Source: Patescibacteria group bacterium
GTDB taxonomy: Bacteria > Patescibacteriota > UBA1384 > XYA2-FULL-43-10 > 1-14-0-10-43-13
Assembly: GCA_041674765.1 (NCBI GenBank)
Contig: JBAYVE010000004.1
Coordinates: forward strand, 26,751-90,750
DNA length: 64,000 nucleotides
Direction of reading: 5' to 3'
Position numbers and translations under genes: made by a program
The notes under the pieces: model-generated
Told to the model about the DNA's origin: nothing
Databases searched by the model: none
The model's input: only the letters and a program-made list of their open reading frames with translations
Part shown: one piece after another, positions 27,685 through 37,092 of the stretch
How the letters are laid out: each line of letters opens with the position of its first letter
How positions within the stretch are numbered: the stretch's first letter is position 1

Positions 27685-29169
27685 ATGAATTTGCATCAAT
27701 TTACAATCAAAGAGGCATCTGAGAAATTAAGAATGGGCGAAATTACTTCGGTGGAATTGACCGAAGCCATTTTTGTGAGGATTGATGAAGTCGAGTCAAA
27801 AGTAGGCGCATACATTACTCTTTGCAAAGAGAAGGCTATGGAGATGGCGAAGGCATCCGATGAGCGACGGAAAAATGGTAAAATTCTCAGCCAAATTGAT
27901 GGTATTCCTGTCGCCGTTAAGGATATTATTTTGACGAAAGATATCAAAACCACGGCTGCTTCAAAGATTTTAGAAGACTTTATACCGCCATATAATGCGA
28001 CAGTATATAAAAGGCTGGAACTATCTGGTTGTGTGCTTATTGGGAAGACTAATCTAGATGAATTTGCGATGGGTTCATCGACAGAGAATTCAGCTCTCGC
28101 TGTTACGAAAAATCCTTGGGCGATAGATAGAGTCCCTGGAGGATCATCGGGAGGCTCTGCGGCTGCGGTGGCGGCGGACGAGTGCCTGTTTGCGTTGGGG
28201 ACGGATACCGGCGGTTCGATTCGCCAACCAGCCAGCTTCTGTAGCGTGACAGGGCTAAAAGTCTCCTATGGATTGGTTTCCAGATATGGTGTGATGAGCT
28301 ATGCCTCGAGCTTCGATACTATCGGACCTTTCGCCAAATCTGTTGAAGATATTGCCATAATTCTAAACTCAATTGCCGGCAACGACAAAAAAGATGCCAC
28401 GACAGTTCAAGGAGAACTACCCGATTATTCGGAATGTCTAGCTGGTGACATTAAAGGTAAGAAGATCGGGATTCCGAAAGAATATTACGGAGAAGGATTG
28501 GACCATGAAGTGGCCGAGATATTAGAGCAAACTAAAAAGAAGTTTGAGGAATTAGGTGCTATAGTCGAAGAAGTATCATTACCCCTGACGCATTATGCGA
28601 TTGCGACTTATTACATCCTCGCCAAGTCAGAAGCATCATCGAATTTATCGAGATATGACGGAATTCGTTTCGGACATTCTGTCCTAAAATCACAAAAAAT
28701 AAACGACAAATCACAAACCTTGGAACAAGTCTATTTGGAATCCCGAAGTGAGGGATTTGGGCCGGAACCTAAGCGCTCAATAATGATGGGGACTCATGCG
28801 TTGTCATCAGGTTATTTTGATGCATACTACAAGAATGCTGCTAAAGTCCGGACGAAAATTCGAAAAGAATTCGAAAATATTTTCAAAGAGTATGATATAT
28901 TACTGACACCAGTCTCGCCGTTTCCGGCATTTAGGATCGGTGAGAAATTGGCTGATCCACTTTCGATGTATCTTGCAGATGTTGATACAGCGCCGGTAAA
29001 CGTCGCTGGAGTGCCTGCACTAAGCATGCCCGCCGGGCTTACAAGCGACGGTTTGCCAGTCGGAGCACAGCTGATAGGTCCGATGTTCGGCGAAGAAAAA
29101 ATATTGCAATTCGGCTATGCGTATCAATTGGCTACAGATTTTCATAAAAAGAAACCGTTTATTAGGTAA
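27685..29169 (+). CDS. gatA: Asp/Glu-tRNA amidotransferase subunit A
   Basis: KD, GKTNLDEFAMGSSTENS, PGGSSGGSA, DTGGSIRQPA, SNLSRYDG. Confidence 0.98.
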   Translation: MNLHQFTIKEASEKLRMGEITSVELTEAIFVRIDEVESKVGAYITLCKEKAMEMAKASDERRKNGKILSQIDGIPVAVKDIILTKDIKTTAASKILEDFIPPYNATVYKRLELSGCVLIGKTNLDEFAMGSSTENSALAVTKNPWAIDRVPGGSSGGSAAAVAADECLFALGTDTGGSIRQPASFCSVTGLKVSYGLVSRYGVMSYASSFDTIGPFAKSVEDIAIILNSIAGNDKKDATTVQGELPDYSECLAGDIKGKKIGIPKEYYGEGLDHEVAEILEQTKKKFEELGAIVEEVSLPLTHYAIATYYILAKSEASSNLSRYDGIRFGHSVLKSQKINDKSQTLEQVYLESRSEGFGPEPKRSIMMGTHALSSGYFDAYYKNAAKVRTKIRKEFENIFKEYDILLTPVSPFPAFRIGEKLADPLSMYLADVDTAPVNVAGVPALSMPAGLTSDGLPVGAQLIGPMFGEEKILQFGYAYQLATDFHKKKPFIR

Positions 29170-29230
29170 ATATAATAAAATGGGATCCCCGGGTCATGGC
29201 TTTGCCTGCTCCGAGGATGATAAGGAGAAA

Positions 29231-30046
29231 ATGGGTAAACGAGCACAAATCAGGAGGGAGAAAAAAGAATATGTTCAAAAGGTTCGCAAGGAAACTTTGC
29301 GTATAATTGAGCGAAGCAAAAATCCTTGGGAAAACTTTTGGCGGACGATCAATTTCTGGATTTATTGTGCCTGTTTTATTGCTATTATCGCTTTCCCTTT
29401 CATTAAAAAGGACACTATGAATGGAATAGAAAACGCTGTCATCTATACCTCGATGGGAGATATAGAGATCGAATTGTACTCAAAGGATGCGCCGAAGACT
29501 GTCGAGAATTTTGTCGAATTATCTAAGCAAGGTTTTTACGACAATTTAACATGGCACCGAGTTATTAAGGGGTTCATGATACAAGGTGGCGATCCGAAGG
29601 GCGACGGAACTGGAGGCGAGAGCGCCTTTGGTGGGACTTTTGAGGATGAAATTAACGCGACAGCCCTCGGCCTAGACAAACAGATTGTCAAAAACACTCC
29701 TTCTGTCTCCGGCCAAATTGGTACTGAGGATTTGGAAAAATATGGTCAGCTGACAGTAAAGGAATATTATGAACAGATCAAAGGTTACCAGTATAGTGAA
29801 AATCTAAAATCTCATAAGATGCAAGCCGGTTCAATAGCTATGGCTAATTCTGGTGCCGATACCAACGGAAGTCAATTTTTCATAATTACTGAACAGGATC
29901 AGCCCCATCTAGATGGTATGCACACAGTATTCGGCAGGGTGACGAAGGGCTTGGATATAGCCCTAAAAATTTCGGAGGTACCTGTTGACGACAGCGACAA
30001 GCCAATTGATCCGGTGATGATTCAGTCGGTAGAGATTGTTGATTAG
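29231..30046 (+). CDS. Membrane-anchored cyclophilin-type peptidyl-prolyl isomerase
   Basis: APKTVENF, HRVIKGFMIQGGDP, AMANSG, NGSQFFI, HLDGMHTVFG; ATG 29231 behind aaggag. Confidence 0.92.
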   Translation: MGKRAQIRREKKEYVQKVRKETLRIIERSKNPWENFWRTINFWIYCACFIAIIAFPFIKKDTMNGIENAVIYTSMGDIEIELYSKDAPKTVENFVELSKQGFYDNLTWHRVIKGFMIQGGDPKGDGTGGESAFGGTFEDEINATALGLDKQIVKNTPSVSGQIGTEDLEKYGQLTVKEYYEQIKGYQYSENLKSHKMQAGSIAMANSGADTNGSQFFIITEQDQPHLDGMHTVFGRVTKGLDIALKISEVPVDDSDKPIDPVMIQSVEIVD

Positions 30047-30055
30047 AGTTCCTTT

Positions 30056-30203
30056 GTCATTCCAGACTGTAAGCTTGATCCGCTAGCTAGCGGGCTGGAA
30101 TCCAGTTACCTGCACAAGCAAAGCAACTTCCTGGATTCCCGGATCATGGATCGCCCAACTATTAGATTTCAAAGGTTAAGGCTCATCCTGTCCGAGAATG
30201 ACA
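30056..30203. repeat. GTCAT-type inverted doublet, sister of 40878-40995
   Basis: tgtcattccagactgtaagct...ctggaatccag / ctggattcccggatcat...tccgagaatgaca. Confidence 0.85.
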
Positions 30204-30228
30204 ATACTTAATTTATGGGAAAGATATT

Positions 30229-30708
30229 ATGAATTATAATTCGAGTTATCACAAAAAACAAAAATATCAGCAGCAGCCCGGTGTCGCCGAGGTTTTGATT
30301 GTTGGAATTTTTAAGATGCTTTGGTGGCTGGTCAGACTGCCATTTAGGGGGTTGAAGCTTGGTGTTAAGAAAACAGGCTTGAAGATCGAAGATAGAAGTT
30401 ATATCACTTCTAAAAGGTTAGAGGTCGAAAAAATGTTAAATGCTGAAAATCAAATAGAACTTAAACATGCCGTGATGGAGGCTGATAAATTAGTTGATTA
30501 TGCTTTGCAAGTAGCTGGATATCCGGGACAGACATTTGCTGATAGGTTTAGAAGTGTACGCAATTCTATCAGTCCATCATTGTATGATGAAGTTTGGCAG
30601 GGCCATATTGTCAGAAACCAGATAGCTCATGCGCAGGAGTCGAATATTATGAGTAGCGAATTACGAAATGCTGCCCGGAAACTATTGAATTATTTGGAGA
30701 GGATTTAA
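30229..30708 (+). CDS. Hypothetical membrane-anchored protein
   Basis: AVMEADKLVDYAL...G.TFADR...W.GH.VRNQIAH pattern, recalled from CPR-type proteins. Confidence 0.7.
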   Translation: MNYNSSYHKKQKYQQQPGVAEVLIVGIFKMLWWLVRLPFRGLKLGVKKTGLKIEDRSYITSKRLEVEKMLNAENQIELKHAVMEADKLVDYALQVAGYPGQTFADRFRSVRNSISPSLYDEVWQGHIVRNQIAHAQESNIMSSELRNAARKLLNYLERI

Positions 30709-30709
30709 A

Positions 30710-31105
30710 ATGAGTGGAGAATTTGAAACCGTTGACCCACGTAATCCAAGGGAAATTTTCCATAGTCTTTTTGATACTTATAGTAACTTTCTTCTATCTC
30801 TTGAGCATGAGCAGTACGGTGGAATCGTTCAGGCCGGCGGCATCGAGTCCTATTCTAGACTAGGAGAGGAGAGGGTAGAAAAGGCTAAAAAATTTCAGGA
30901 TCACATCAAGTATGTGATGGGTATAGTCCGCTTGAGTGGAGCCGACATCGCACGATTGAAAGAACTGGAAGGCGAGCCCTCTGAATATCAATTTACCGAA
31001 GAAGAAGTACAATTCGCGTTAAAGACAGAAGCCAAAGTGAAGATTGCATTCGAGATGATGAAGGGGCGCGAAGATGAATACACAGAGGAGTTTCTGAAGA
31101 GCTAG
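30710..31105 (+). CDS. Hypothetical protein
   Basis: Acidic 131-aa ORF with RBS ggagagg. Confidence 0.6.
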   Translation: MSGEFETVDPRNPREIFHSLFDTYSNFLLSLEHEQYGGIVQAGGIESYSRLGEERVEKAKKFQDHIKYVMGIVRLSGADIARLKELEGEPSEYQFTEEEVQFALKTEAKVKIAFEMMKGREDEYTEEFLKS

Positions 31106-31140
31106 CAAAGTTTAACAAGAAAATTTAAATTATAATAAAT

Positions 31141-32637
31141 ATGACAGAGTTAAAAACTACAATGGATTCGACAAGCTCACCACAGGTGGATTCGACTACC
31201 CTCGTTACAACGATCGGATTGGAAATCCACGTACAGCTAAAGACAAAAAGTAAAATGTTTTGTAGTTGTGATAACCAATCCTTCGTTGAAGCTACGGATG
31301 GCAAGTACGCTGCAGTAGAACCCAACACTCTTGTGTGCCCAGTCTGTCTTGGCTTGCCTGGAGCTTTGCCGGTGGCAAACAAGCAGGCGATTCTATGGAC
31401 AATCAAAACAGGTTTGGCTTTGGGTTGTTCTATTCCCAAAATTGCGAAATTTGACCGCAAACATTACTTTTATCCTGATCTGCCAAAGGGTTATCAGATC
31501 AGCCAGTACGATGAACCATTCGCGATCAATGGATCGCTTAAGTCAAAAGTTGAAGAGGAAGAAATCACTATTAGATTAAATAGAATTCACCTAGAAGAAG
31601 ATGCGGGGAAGCTTATTCATTCGGGTGGGAAGAGCTTGGTTGATTTGAATAGATCGGGAACTCCGCTAATGGAGATCGTAACGGAGCCGGATATTACTTC
31701 GCCGGAAATGGCGGGACAATTCTTGCGAAAGTTGCAAAAAATCGTTCGGGATGTCGTCGAGGTATCAGATGCCGATATGGAAAAGGGTCATCTTCGTTGT
31801 GATGCTAATATTTCAATTAGTGAAAGGCCAAAAGATGAAAATGGGAAGCACAGGATGTCCCAGATCATCGAATTGAAGAATTTGAACTCGTTTAGATTTG
31901 TGGAAAAAGCGTTGGCTTTGGTTGAGACCAAGTTGAAAGAGGAGCACGAAGATTGGCCCGCGAAATTGACCAAAGAAACTTGGGGCTATGACAGCATCAA
32001 CAATGAAGTTTATTTGCAGAGAAGAAAGGAAGAAGCAGCCGACTATCGTTATTTCCCAGAGCCGGATTTGCCGCCATTCGATACTTCGGCTATGAATTTG
32101 GATATATTAAAGTCAGAATTCAAAGAGACCGAGGAGGAAAAAATTGATAAATTAACTTCTCTTGGTATCCCTGAAGCGGAGGGCAAAGTTTTGGCTTCCG
32201 ATAGAAGCAAGAGCCAAGCCTTTTGCCAAATTAAAGATGAACTTTCAGATCAAAGCTATCCACTCCTTGCGAAAGCAATTGTGCATAATTATTTTGGTTT
32301 TGTTCCAAGCGATGAGAAAAAGTCGGCAGAATTTGCTAAAGCGATTGACAATTTGGCCGACGGCAAAATCAATAAGCAAACCTTTACGGCTATCGTGCAA
32401 GAAATTAATTGCGGGAAAACCTTTGAAGATGCATTTGAAAATTCTCAAGGAGAGGCAATCGATTTGTCGTCGATCGTCGGAAAGATTGTTTCGGCAAATT
32501 TGAAAGAATTAGAGCGCTATAAAAATGGTGAAAAACAGCTTTTCGGCTTTTTTATGGGGCAACTAATGAAAGAGACAAAAGGACAGGCAGATCCAAGAGA
32601 GGCAAATAGAATATTAAAAGAAAAATTAGAAAAGTAA
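31141..32637 (+). CDS. gatB: Asp/Glu-tRNA amidotransferase subunit B
   Basis: IGLEIHVQL, FDRKHYFYPDLPKGYQISQ, HLEEDAGK, DYRYFPEPDL. Confidence 0.98.
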   Translation: MTELKTTMDSTSSPQVDSTTLVTTIGLEIHVQLKTKSKMFCSCDNQSFVEATDGKYAAVEPNTLVCPVCLGLPGALPVANKQAILWTIKTGLALGCSIPKIAKFDRKHYFYPDLPKGYQISQYDEPFAINGSLKSKVEEEEITIRLNRIHLEEDAGKLIHSGGKSLVDLNRSGTPLMEIVTEPDITSPEMAGQFLRKLQKIVRDVVEVSDADMEKGHLRCDANISISERPKDENGKHRMSQIIELKNLNSFRFVEKALALVETKLKEEHEDWPAKLTKETWGYDSINNEVYLQRRKEEAADYRYFPEPDLPPFDTSAMNLDILKSEFKETEEEKIDKLTSLGIPEAEGKVLASDRSKSQAFCQIKDELSDQSYPLLAKAIVHNYFGFVPSDEKKSAEFAKAIDNLADGKINKQTFTAIVQEINCGKTFEDAFENSQGEAIDLSSIVGKIVSANLKELERYKNGEKQLFGFFMGQLMKETKGQADPREANRILKEKLEK

Positions 32638-32722
32638 TAAGGAATTGGATTCCCGATGCCACTTCGCCAAGGCTATGAGGCACATGGTCAGGTCGGGAAT
32701 GACACTATTTTAAGGAAAAACT

Positions 32723-32998
32723 ATGGATAAAATAAAGAAAAAAAGCAATGAGTTGAGAATGGAATTTTTAAAGACAATGATTTCTCTGGCTACGGCTGGC
32801 TTTGGCCTTGCTGCGGCATTGGCCTGGAATGAAACGATTCAAGCGGTTATCACTGAGATCATACCAGAAAAAGGATCGGCAATTTGGTCAAAACTTATTT
32901 ACGCTTTGATTGTGACAGGCATCGCTGTATTGGTAACTTACTCTTTGGGCAAGATGATCCAAAAAGAGGAGAACGAAGCTGAGCTGATCAAAAAGTAA
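32723..32998 (+). CDS. DUF5654-like small membrane protein
   Basis: GFGLAAALAWNETIQ...YALIVT. Confidence 0.75.
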   Translation: MDKIKKKSNELRMEFLKTMISLATAGFGLAAALAWNETIQAVITEIIPEKGSAIWSKLIYALIVTGIAVLVTYSLGKMIQKEENEAELIKK

Positions 32999-33126
32999 AT
33001 TTCAGCAAATTTTCAGCTTAATTCCTGATAATAATTATATAATCTCTTGTTGCGTATTTAGGCCAAACGTCATATACTTTAATTTAGCGGAGATTTCGTT
33101 ATTTTTTATTAAGAAAGGGTTTATCA

Positions 33127-33399
33127 ATGACGTTAGAGCAAATACTAGTTCTCGTATCCATTATTGCCGTTCTATTATTATGTGCAGTTCTCCTGCGTCT
33201 TTATCAGATAATGACCAATGTAAAGAAGACGAGTGATATCATGGAAAAGAGGGTTTCCGAGCTTGACCGGGCGATTGATAAACTTGAGGCCAAAGCTGAA
33301 ACGCTTGTAGAAATGGTGAAAGGTTTTTTCTATTCAATGGATTTTATCAAAAAAATAAAAAGTTCGGTAAACAAAAAAGGAGAGACAGATGAAGAATAG
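33127..33399 (+). CDS. Membrane-anchored coiled-coil protein (DUF948-like)
   Basis: N-terminal TM plus coiled coil; upstream of YtxH. Confidence 0.6.
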   Translation: MTLEQILVLVSIIAVLLLCAVLLRLYQIMTNVKKTSDIMEKRVSELDRAIDKLEAKAETLVEMVKGFFYSMDFIKKIKSSVNKKGETDEE

Positions 33400-33586
33400 C
33401 AACAAATTCGTCCTCGGAGCACTTCTGGGCGGGGCAATCGGGGCAGTCGCTGGCATTTTATTTGCTCCAAGGAGTGGGAAAGAAACAAGAAAAATTGTCA
33501 GTAAAAAAGCCAATGATCTGACTGAAAAGGGCAAGGAATTAATTAAAGAAACGGCTGACACCATTTCCGATAAGCTCGATAAATAG
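33389..33586 (+). CDS. YtxH-domain protein
   Basis: GALLGGAIGAVAGILFAPRSGKETR. Confidence 0.9.
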   Translation: MKNSNKFVLGALLGGAIGAVAGILFAPRSGKETRKIVSKKANDLTEKGKELIKETADTISDKLDK

Positions 33587-33593
33587 GAGAATT

Positions 33594-34802
33594 ATGTCAA
33601 AGTTGGAATATGAAGATTCATCTATGAAGGAGTATGTCGCTGATAAAAAAAATAAAGGCGCTCAATTAGCTTTTATCGTTATTATTGTGATTCTGATCTT
33701 TTTTGCAGGTGCGGTGGGTGGGATTGGAGGGGTCGTCCTTCTTTCTCAGAATAACGGAGAGTTGGCTACCAAAATAGGGCTATCCAGATTCAAAGATTTA
33801 GCGATTCCGACAACATCAACTCAAAAAATTACGGTTGAGGAATCAAATGCATTTATTGATGTCGTTAACAAAGTGTCAAACTCAGTAGTCTCTATTACAC
33901 AAAAATCGACTGTTCAAACGATTCTTGGTTCTTATGAAACTCAGGCGGCTGGGACAGGTTTTATTATAACAAGCGATGGTCTGATCTTAACTAACAAACA
34001 TGTCGTTAGCGATACAAACGGGACTTACACGGTAATCATGCGTGATGGGAAAACCTATGATGCCAAGGTTCAGTCGCTGGATCCGGTAAATGACCTTGCT
34101 GTGATAAAAGTGGAAGCTCGAAATCTTCCGGTGGTGGAGTTGGGTGATTCTGATCAGCTCCAGGTCGGACAATGGGTCATCACCGTCGGCAATGCACTCG
34201 GACAATTTCAAAATACTGTAACTTCGGGCATAATCTCAGCCAAGGGGCGCAAGATTGATGCTTCAAGCGCAAGCGGATCTAGCTCAGAAACCTTGAGCGA
34301 TTTGCTTCAGACTGATGCGGCAATCAACTCGGGAAATTCAGGTGGCCCTCTGGTAAATCTGGCCGGTCAAGTGATTGGTATAAATACCGCTGTCGCCTCT
34401 GGCGCACAGGGAATCGGTTTTGCAATCCCCATCAACGCGGCAAAATCGGCAATTGATAGTATCAAGAAAACCGGTAGGATAATCAGACCATACCTAGGTG
34501 TTAGATATTTTGAGATCACACCAAGCGTGGCCAAACAATCCAGTCTCCCGTCTGATCATGGGGCTCTCGTCCAACGCGGCAGGGGTTTAACCGACTTTGC
34601 AGTGGTGCCAGGATCGCCTGCCGATAAGGCCGGAATCGCCGAGAATGATATCATTACAGAGGTAAACGGACAGATTATCAATGAAGATCACAGCCTTGTT
34701 CAACTAGTTCAGCAATATCAGGTAGGTGAAACCGTCACGTTGAAGGTTGTTTCGAAGGGAGAAACGAAAGAAGTCAAAGTAAAACTAGAAGAAAGTAGAT
34801 AA
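33594..34802 (+). CDS. htrA: HtrA/DegP-family serine protease with PDZ
   Basis: GTGFI, TNKHVV, DLAV, TDAAINSGNSGGPL, PDZ domain. Confidence 0.95.
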   Translation: MSKLEYEDSSMKEYVADKKNKGAQLAFIVIIVILIFFAGAVGGIGGVVLLSQNNGELATKIGLSRFKDLAIPTTSTQKITVEESNAFIDVVNKVSNSVVSITQKSTVQTILGSYETQAAGTGFIITSDGLILTNKHVVSDTNGTYTVIMRDGKTYDAKVQSLDPVNDLAVIKVEARNLPVVELGDSDQLQVGQWVITVGNALGQFQNTVTSGIISAKGRKIDASSASGSSSETLSDLLQTDAAINSGNSGGPLVNLAGQVIGINTAVASGAQGIGFAIPINAAKSAIDSIKKTGRIIRPYLGVRYFEITPSVAKQSSLPSDHGALVQRGRGLTDFAVVPGSPADKAGIAENDIITEVNGQIINEDHSLVQLVQQYQVGETVTLKVVSKGETKEVKVKLEESR

Positions 34803-34952
34803 AAGGCGGATTACGAATCACAGATTGGAAGAACTCTCTTAGGATGAAATCAAGAAAAACCGTTCCTCAACAGGGCGGTTTTTCATTATCCAACTATCTG
34901 TACAAAATGATTTTGTGCTATATTGGTAAGAGAATAATAAAAAGGAATTGAG

Positions 34953-36293
34953 ATGGATAAAATTACAATTGAGTCTAAGGGCATCGATATTAACGGAAAT
35001 GACTTTAGTCTCATCAAATCCGAAATAGCAGAGGCGTATCAAAAAATTGAAGACAAAAGCGGTGCCGGCAATGAGATGCTTGGCTGGGCTGATCTACCAA
35101 GTCAAATAAGCCAATCTGAAATCGTTGATATCAGGGAAACAGCAGAAAAAATCAAGGATAATTCCGATGCTTTTATTGTTATCGGCATTGGCGGTTCATA
35201 TCTGGGCTCCAGGGCAGTCATCGAAGCCCTGAAGCCATCATTTTTTAATAGTCTGCCAAAGAAGAAAAGGGATTACCCTGAAATTTATTTTGCCGGTAAT
35301 AATATCAGCGGAAAATATTTATCCGACCTTCTGCATGTTTTAGAAGGGAAGGATATCAGTATCAACGTGATATCGAAATCGGGGACTACGACAGAGCCGG
35401 CCATTGCATTTAGAGTATTCAAAGAATATCTGGAGAATAAGTATGGAAAGGACGAGGCGGCTAAGCGTATCATCGTAACTACAGATAAGGAAAAGGGTTC
35501 TCTTAAGAAACTCGCTGGTGACGAGGGCTATAAAACATTCGTCATCCCTGACAATATCGGCGGCAGATATTCAGTTTTGACTCCTGTGGGCCTTCTCCCT
35601 ATCGCTGTCGCAGGTATTGATATCGATGAACTAATCGGTGGCGCTAAAGCGAGTGAAGAAGATTTGAAGGGAAGAGATACTGAAAAAAATGACGCTTGTA
35701 TTTATGCAGCCGTACGTAATTTACTCTATCGGCAAGGTAAAAGCTTGGAGATCTTAGTAAATTATGAGCCTTCTCTTCATTATTTTGCCGAATGGTGGAA
35801 GCAGCTTTTCGGTGAGAGTGAAGGCAAAGGGGGAGCAGGAATCTTTCCGGCTTCCGTTGACTTCACGACTGATCTTCATTCTCTCGGGCAGTATATTCAA
35901 GCGGGAAAAAGAAATTTATTCGAAACGGTTTTAAATATACGGGATCAAGAACAGGACATTCCATTGGGGGAGGTCGAAGGAAATATTGATGGTCTGAACT
36001 TTCTTGCCGGAAAATCAATCAATTTTGTAAATCAAAAAGCTCTGGAAGCTACAGTTATGGCACATACGGACGGAGGAGTTCCAAATATTATCATCAATAT
36101 TCCAAAGATTAATGCTTATTATCTCGGCAATCTGATCTATTTCTTCGAGAAGGCTTGTGCTATCAGCGCTTACACTCTGGGAGTCAATCCGTTCGACCAG
36201 CCAGGCGTTGAGACCTATAAGAATAAAATGTTTTCTTTGCTCGGAAAACCAGGATATGAAGAACTAAAACCAGAGTTGGAAAAAAGAATCTAA
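34953..36293 (+). CDS. pgi: Glucose-6-phosphate isomerase
   Basis: [47 protein letters not shown]. Confidence 0.97.
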   Translation: MDKITIESKGIDINGNDFSLIKSEIAEAYQKIEDKSGAGNEMLGWADLPSQISQSEIVDIRETAEKIKDNSDAFIVIGIGGSYLGSRAVIEALKPSFFNSLPKKKRDYPEIYFAGNNISGKYLSDLLHVLEGKDISINVISKSGTTTEPAIAFRVFKEYLENKYGKDEAAKRIIVTTDKEKGSLKKLAGDEGYKTFVIPDNIGGRYSVLTPVGLLPIAVAGIDIDELIGGAKASEEDLKGRDTEKNDACIYAAVRNLLYRQGKSLEILVNYEPSLHYFAEWWKQLFGESEGKGGAGIFPASVDFTTDLHSLGQYIQAGKRNLFETVLNIRDQEQDIPLGEVEGNIDGLNFLAGKSINFVNQKALEATVMAHTDGGVPNIIINIPKINAYYLGNLIYFFEKACAISAYTLGVNPFDQPGVETYKNKMFSLLGKPGYEELKPELEKRI

Positions 36294-36314
36294 ACATTTT
36301 TTATTTTATTTGTT

Positions 36315-36614
36315 TGTCATTTCGACACCTCAATGTGTTGTCGAGGTTTATTCAGGATCAAATTCCTTGCTTCCTCACCTTCTCGAGGGGAGGCTAGGTG
36401 GGGTGTATAAAATATAACTCCATTTGTTATTTTCTTTTTTTGAGGACAAAGGGACTTATTCTCTTCGAGTCTGAGAGTCTTTGATGTTTCTTTTTATCGA
36501 ATTGATATTTGCTAAGCAAAGTAACTGATCATCCCCCCATCGTCATTCCGGACTGTAAGCTAGAGATCTGGAATCTATCGTTATAATAGATCCTGAAACA
36601 AGTTCAGGATGACA
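36315..36614. repeat. Mixed cluster of GTCAT, CCTC and GAGGAC/TTCGA repeat remnants
   Basis: tgtcatttcgaca..., cctcaccttctcgaggggagg, gaggacaaagggacttattctcttcgagtctgag, cgtcattccggactgtaagct...gttcaggatgaca. Confidence 0.8.
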
Positions 36615-36643
36615 GAATGAGTGAGGAGTTACTAAGCTAACTA

Positions 36644-36672
36644 TTGACAAAATATTAATAATATACTATAAT
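36644..36672 (+). promoter_or_regulatory. Consensus sigma70-type promoter
   Basis: TTGACA-17-TATAAT. Confidence 0.75.
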
Positions 36673-36714
36673 ATATATAGATATCTGGATCTGATGGTAT
36701 GAGGAGCAAAACTA

Positions 36715-37029
36715 ATGAAAATTCCCATTCATTCAGGATGGTTGGCTGTTGCAACGGCCATGGTGACACTCGCGGCCACGGGTGTAATACCGTGGTTGTG
36801 GATAGTGTGCTGGGCAGCGGTGTTTGTAGCCTTTTGGCTCATTACATCGCGTTTCGGGCTTCACAGAACGTGGGCCGCTGATCCTGCTTCAGTATCCATC
36901 ATCGCAGTTGTTGGCATCGTCCAAGCAGGATTGATTCTGCAGAACTACTCCTTCCAGGGACTGGTATTGGCCTTTGGAAATATGGTCATTATCAGCCTGT
37001 GCTGGCTAAACATTCGAAGATTCAGTTAG
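36715..37029 (+). CDS. Small Trp-rich multi-pass membrane orphan
   Basis: Hydrophobic 104-aa ORF with RBS gaggag, its own promoter and a downstream hairpin. Confidence 0.65.
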   Translation: MKIPIHSGWLAVATAMVTLAATGVIPWLWIVCWAAVFVAFWLITSRFGLHRTWAADPASVSIIAVVGIVQAGLILQNYSFQGLVLAFGNMVIISLCWLNIRRFS

Positions 37030-37092
37030 CCAGTCAGTTAGCCAGTATGTATAATGCTACCCCTCGCCCAACTAGGTGAGGGGACAGCTATA

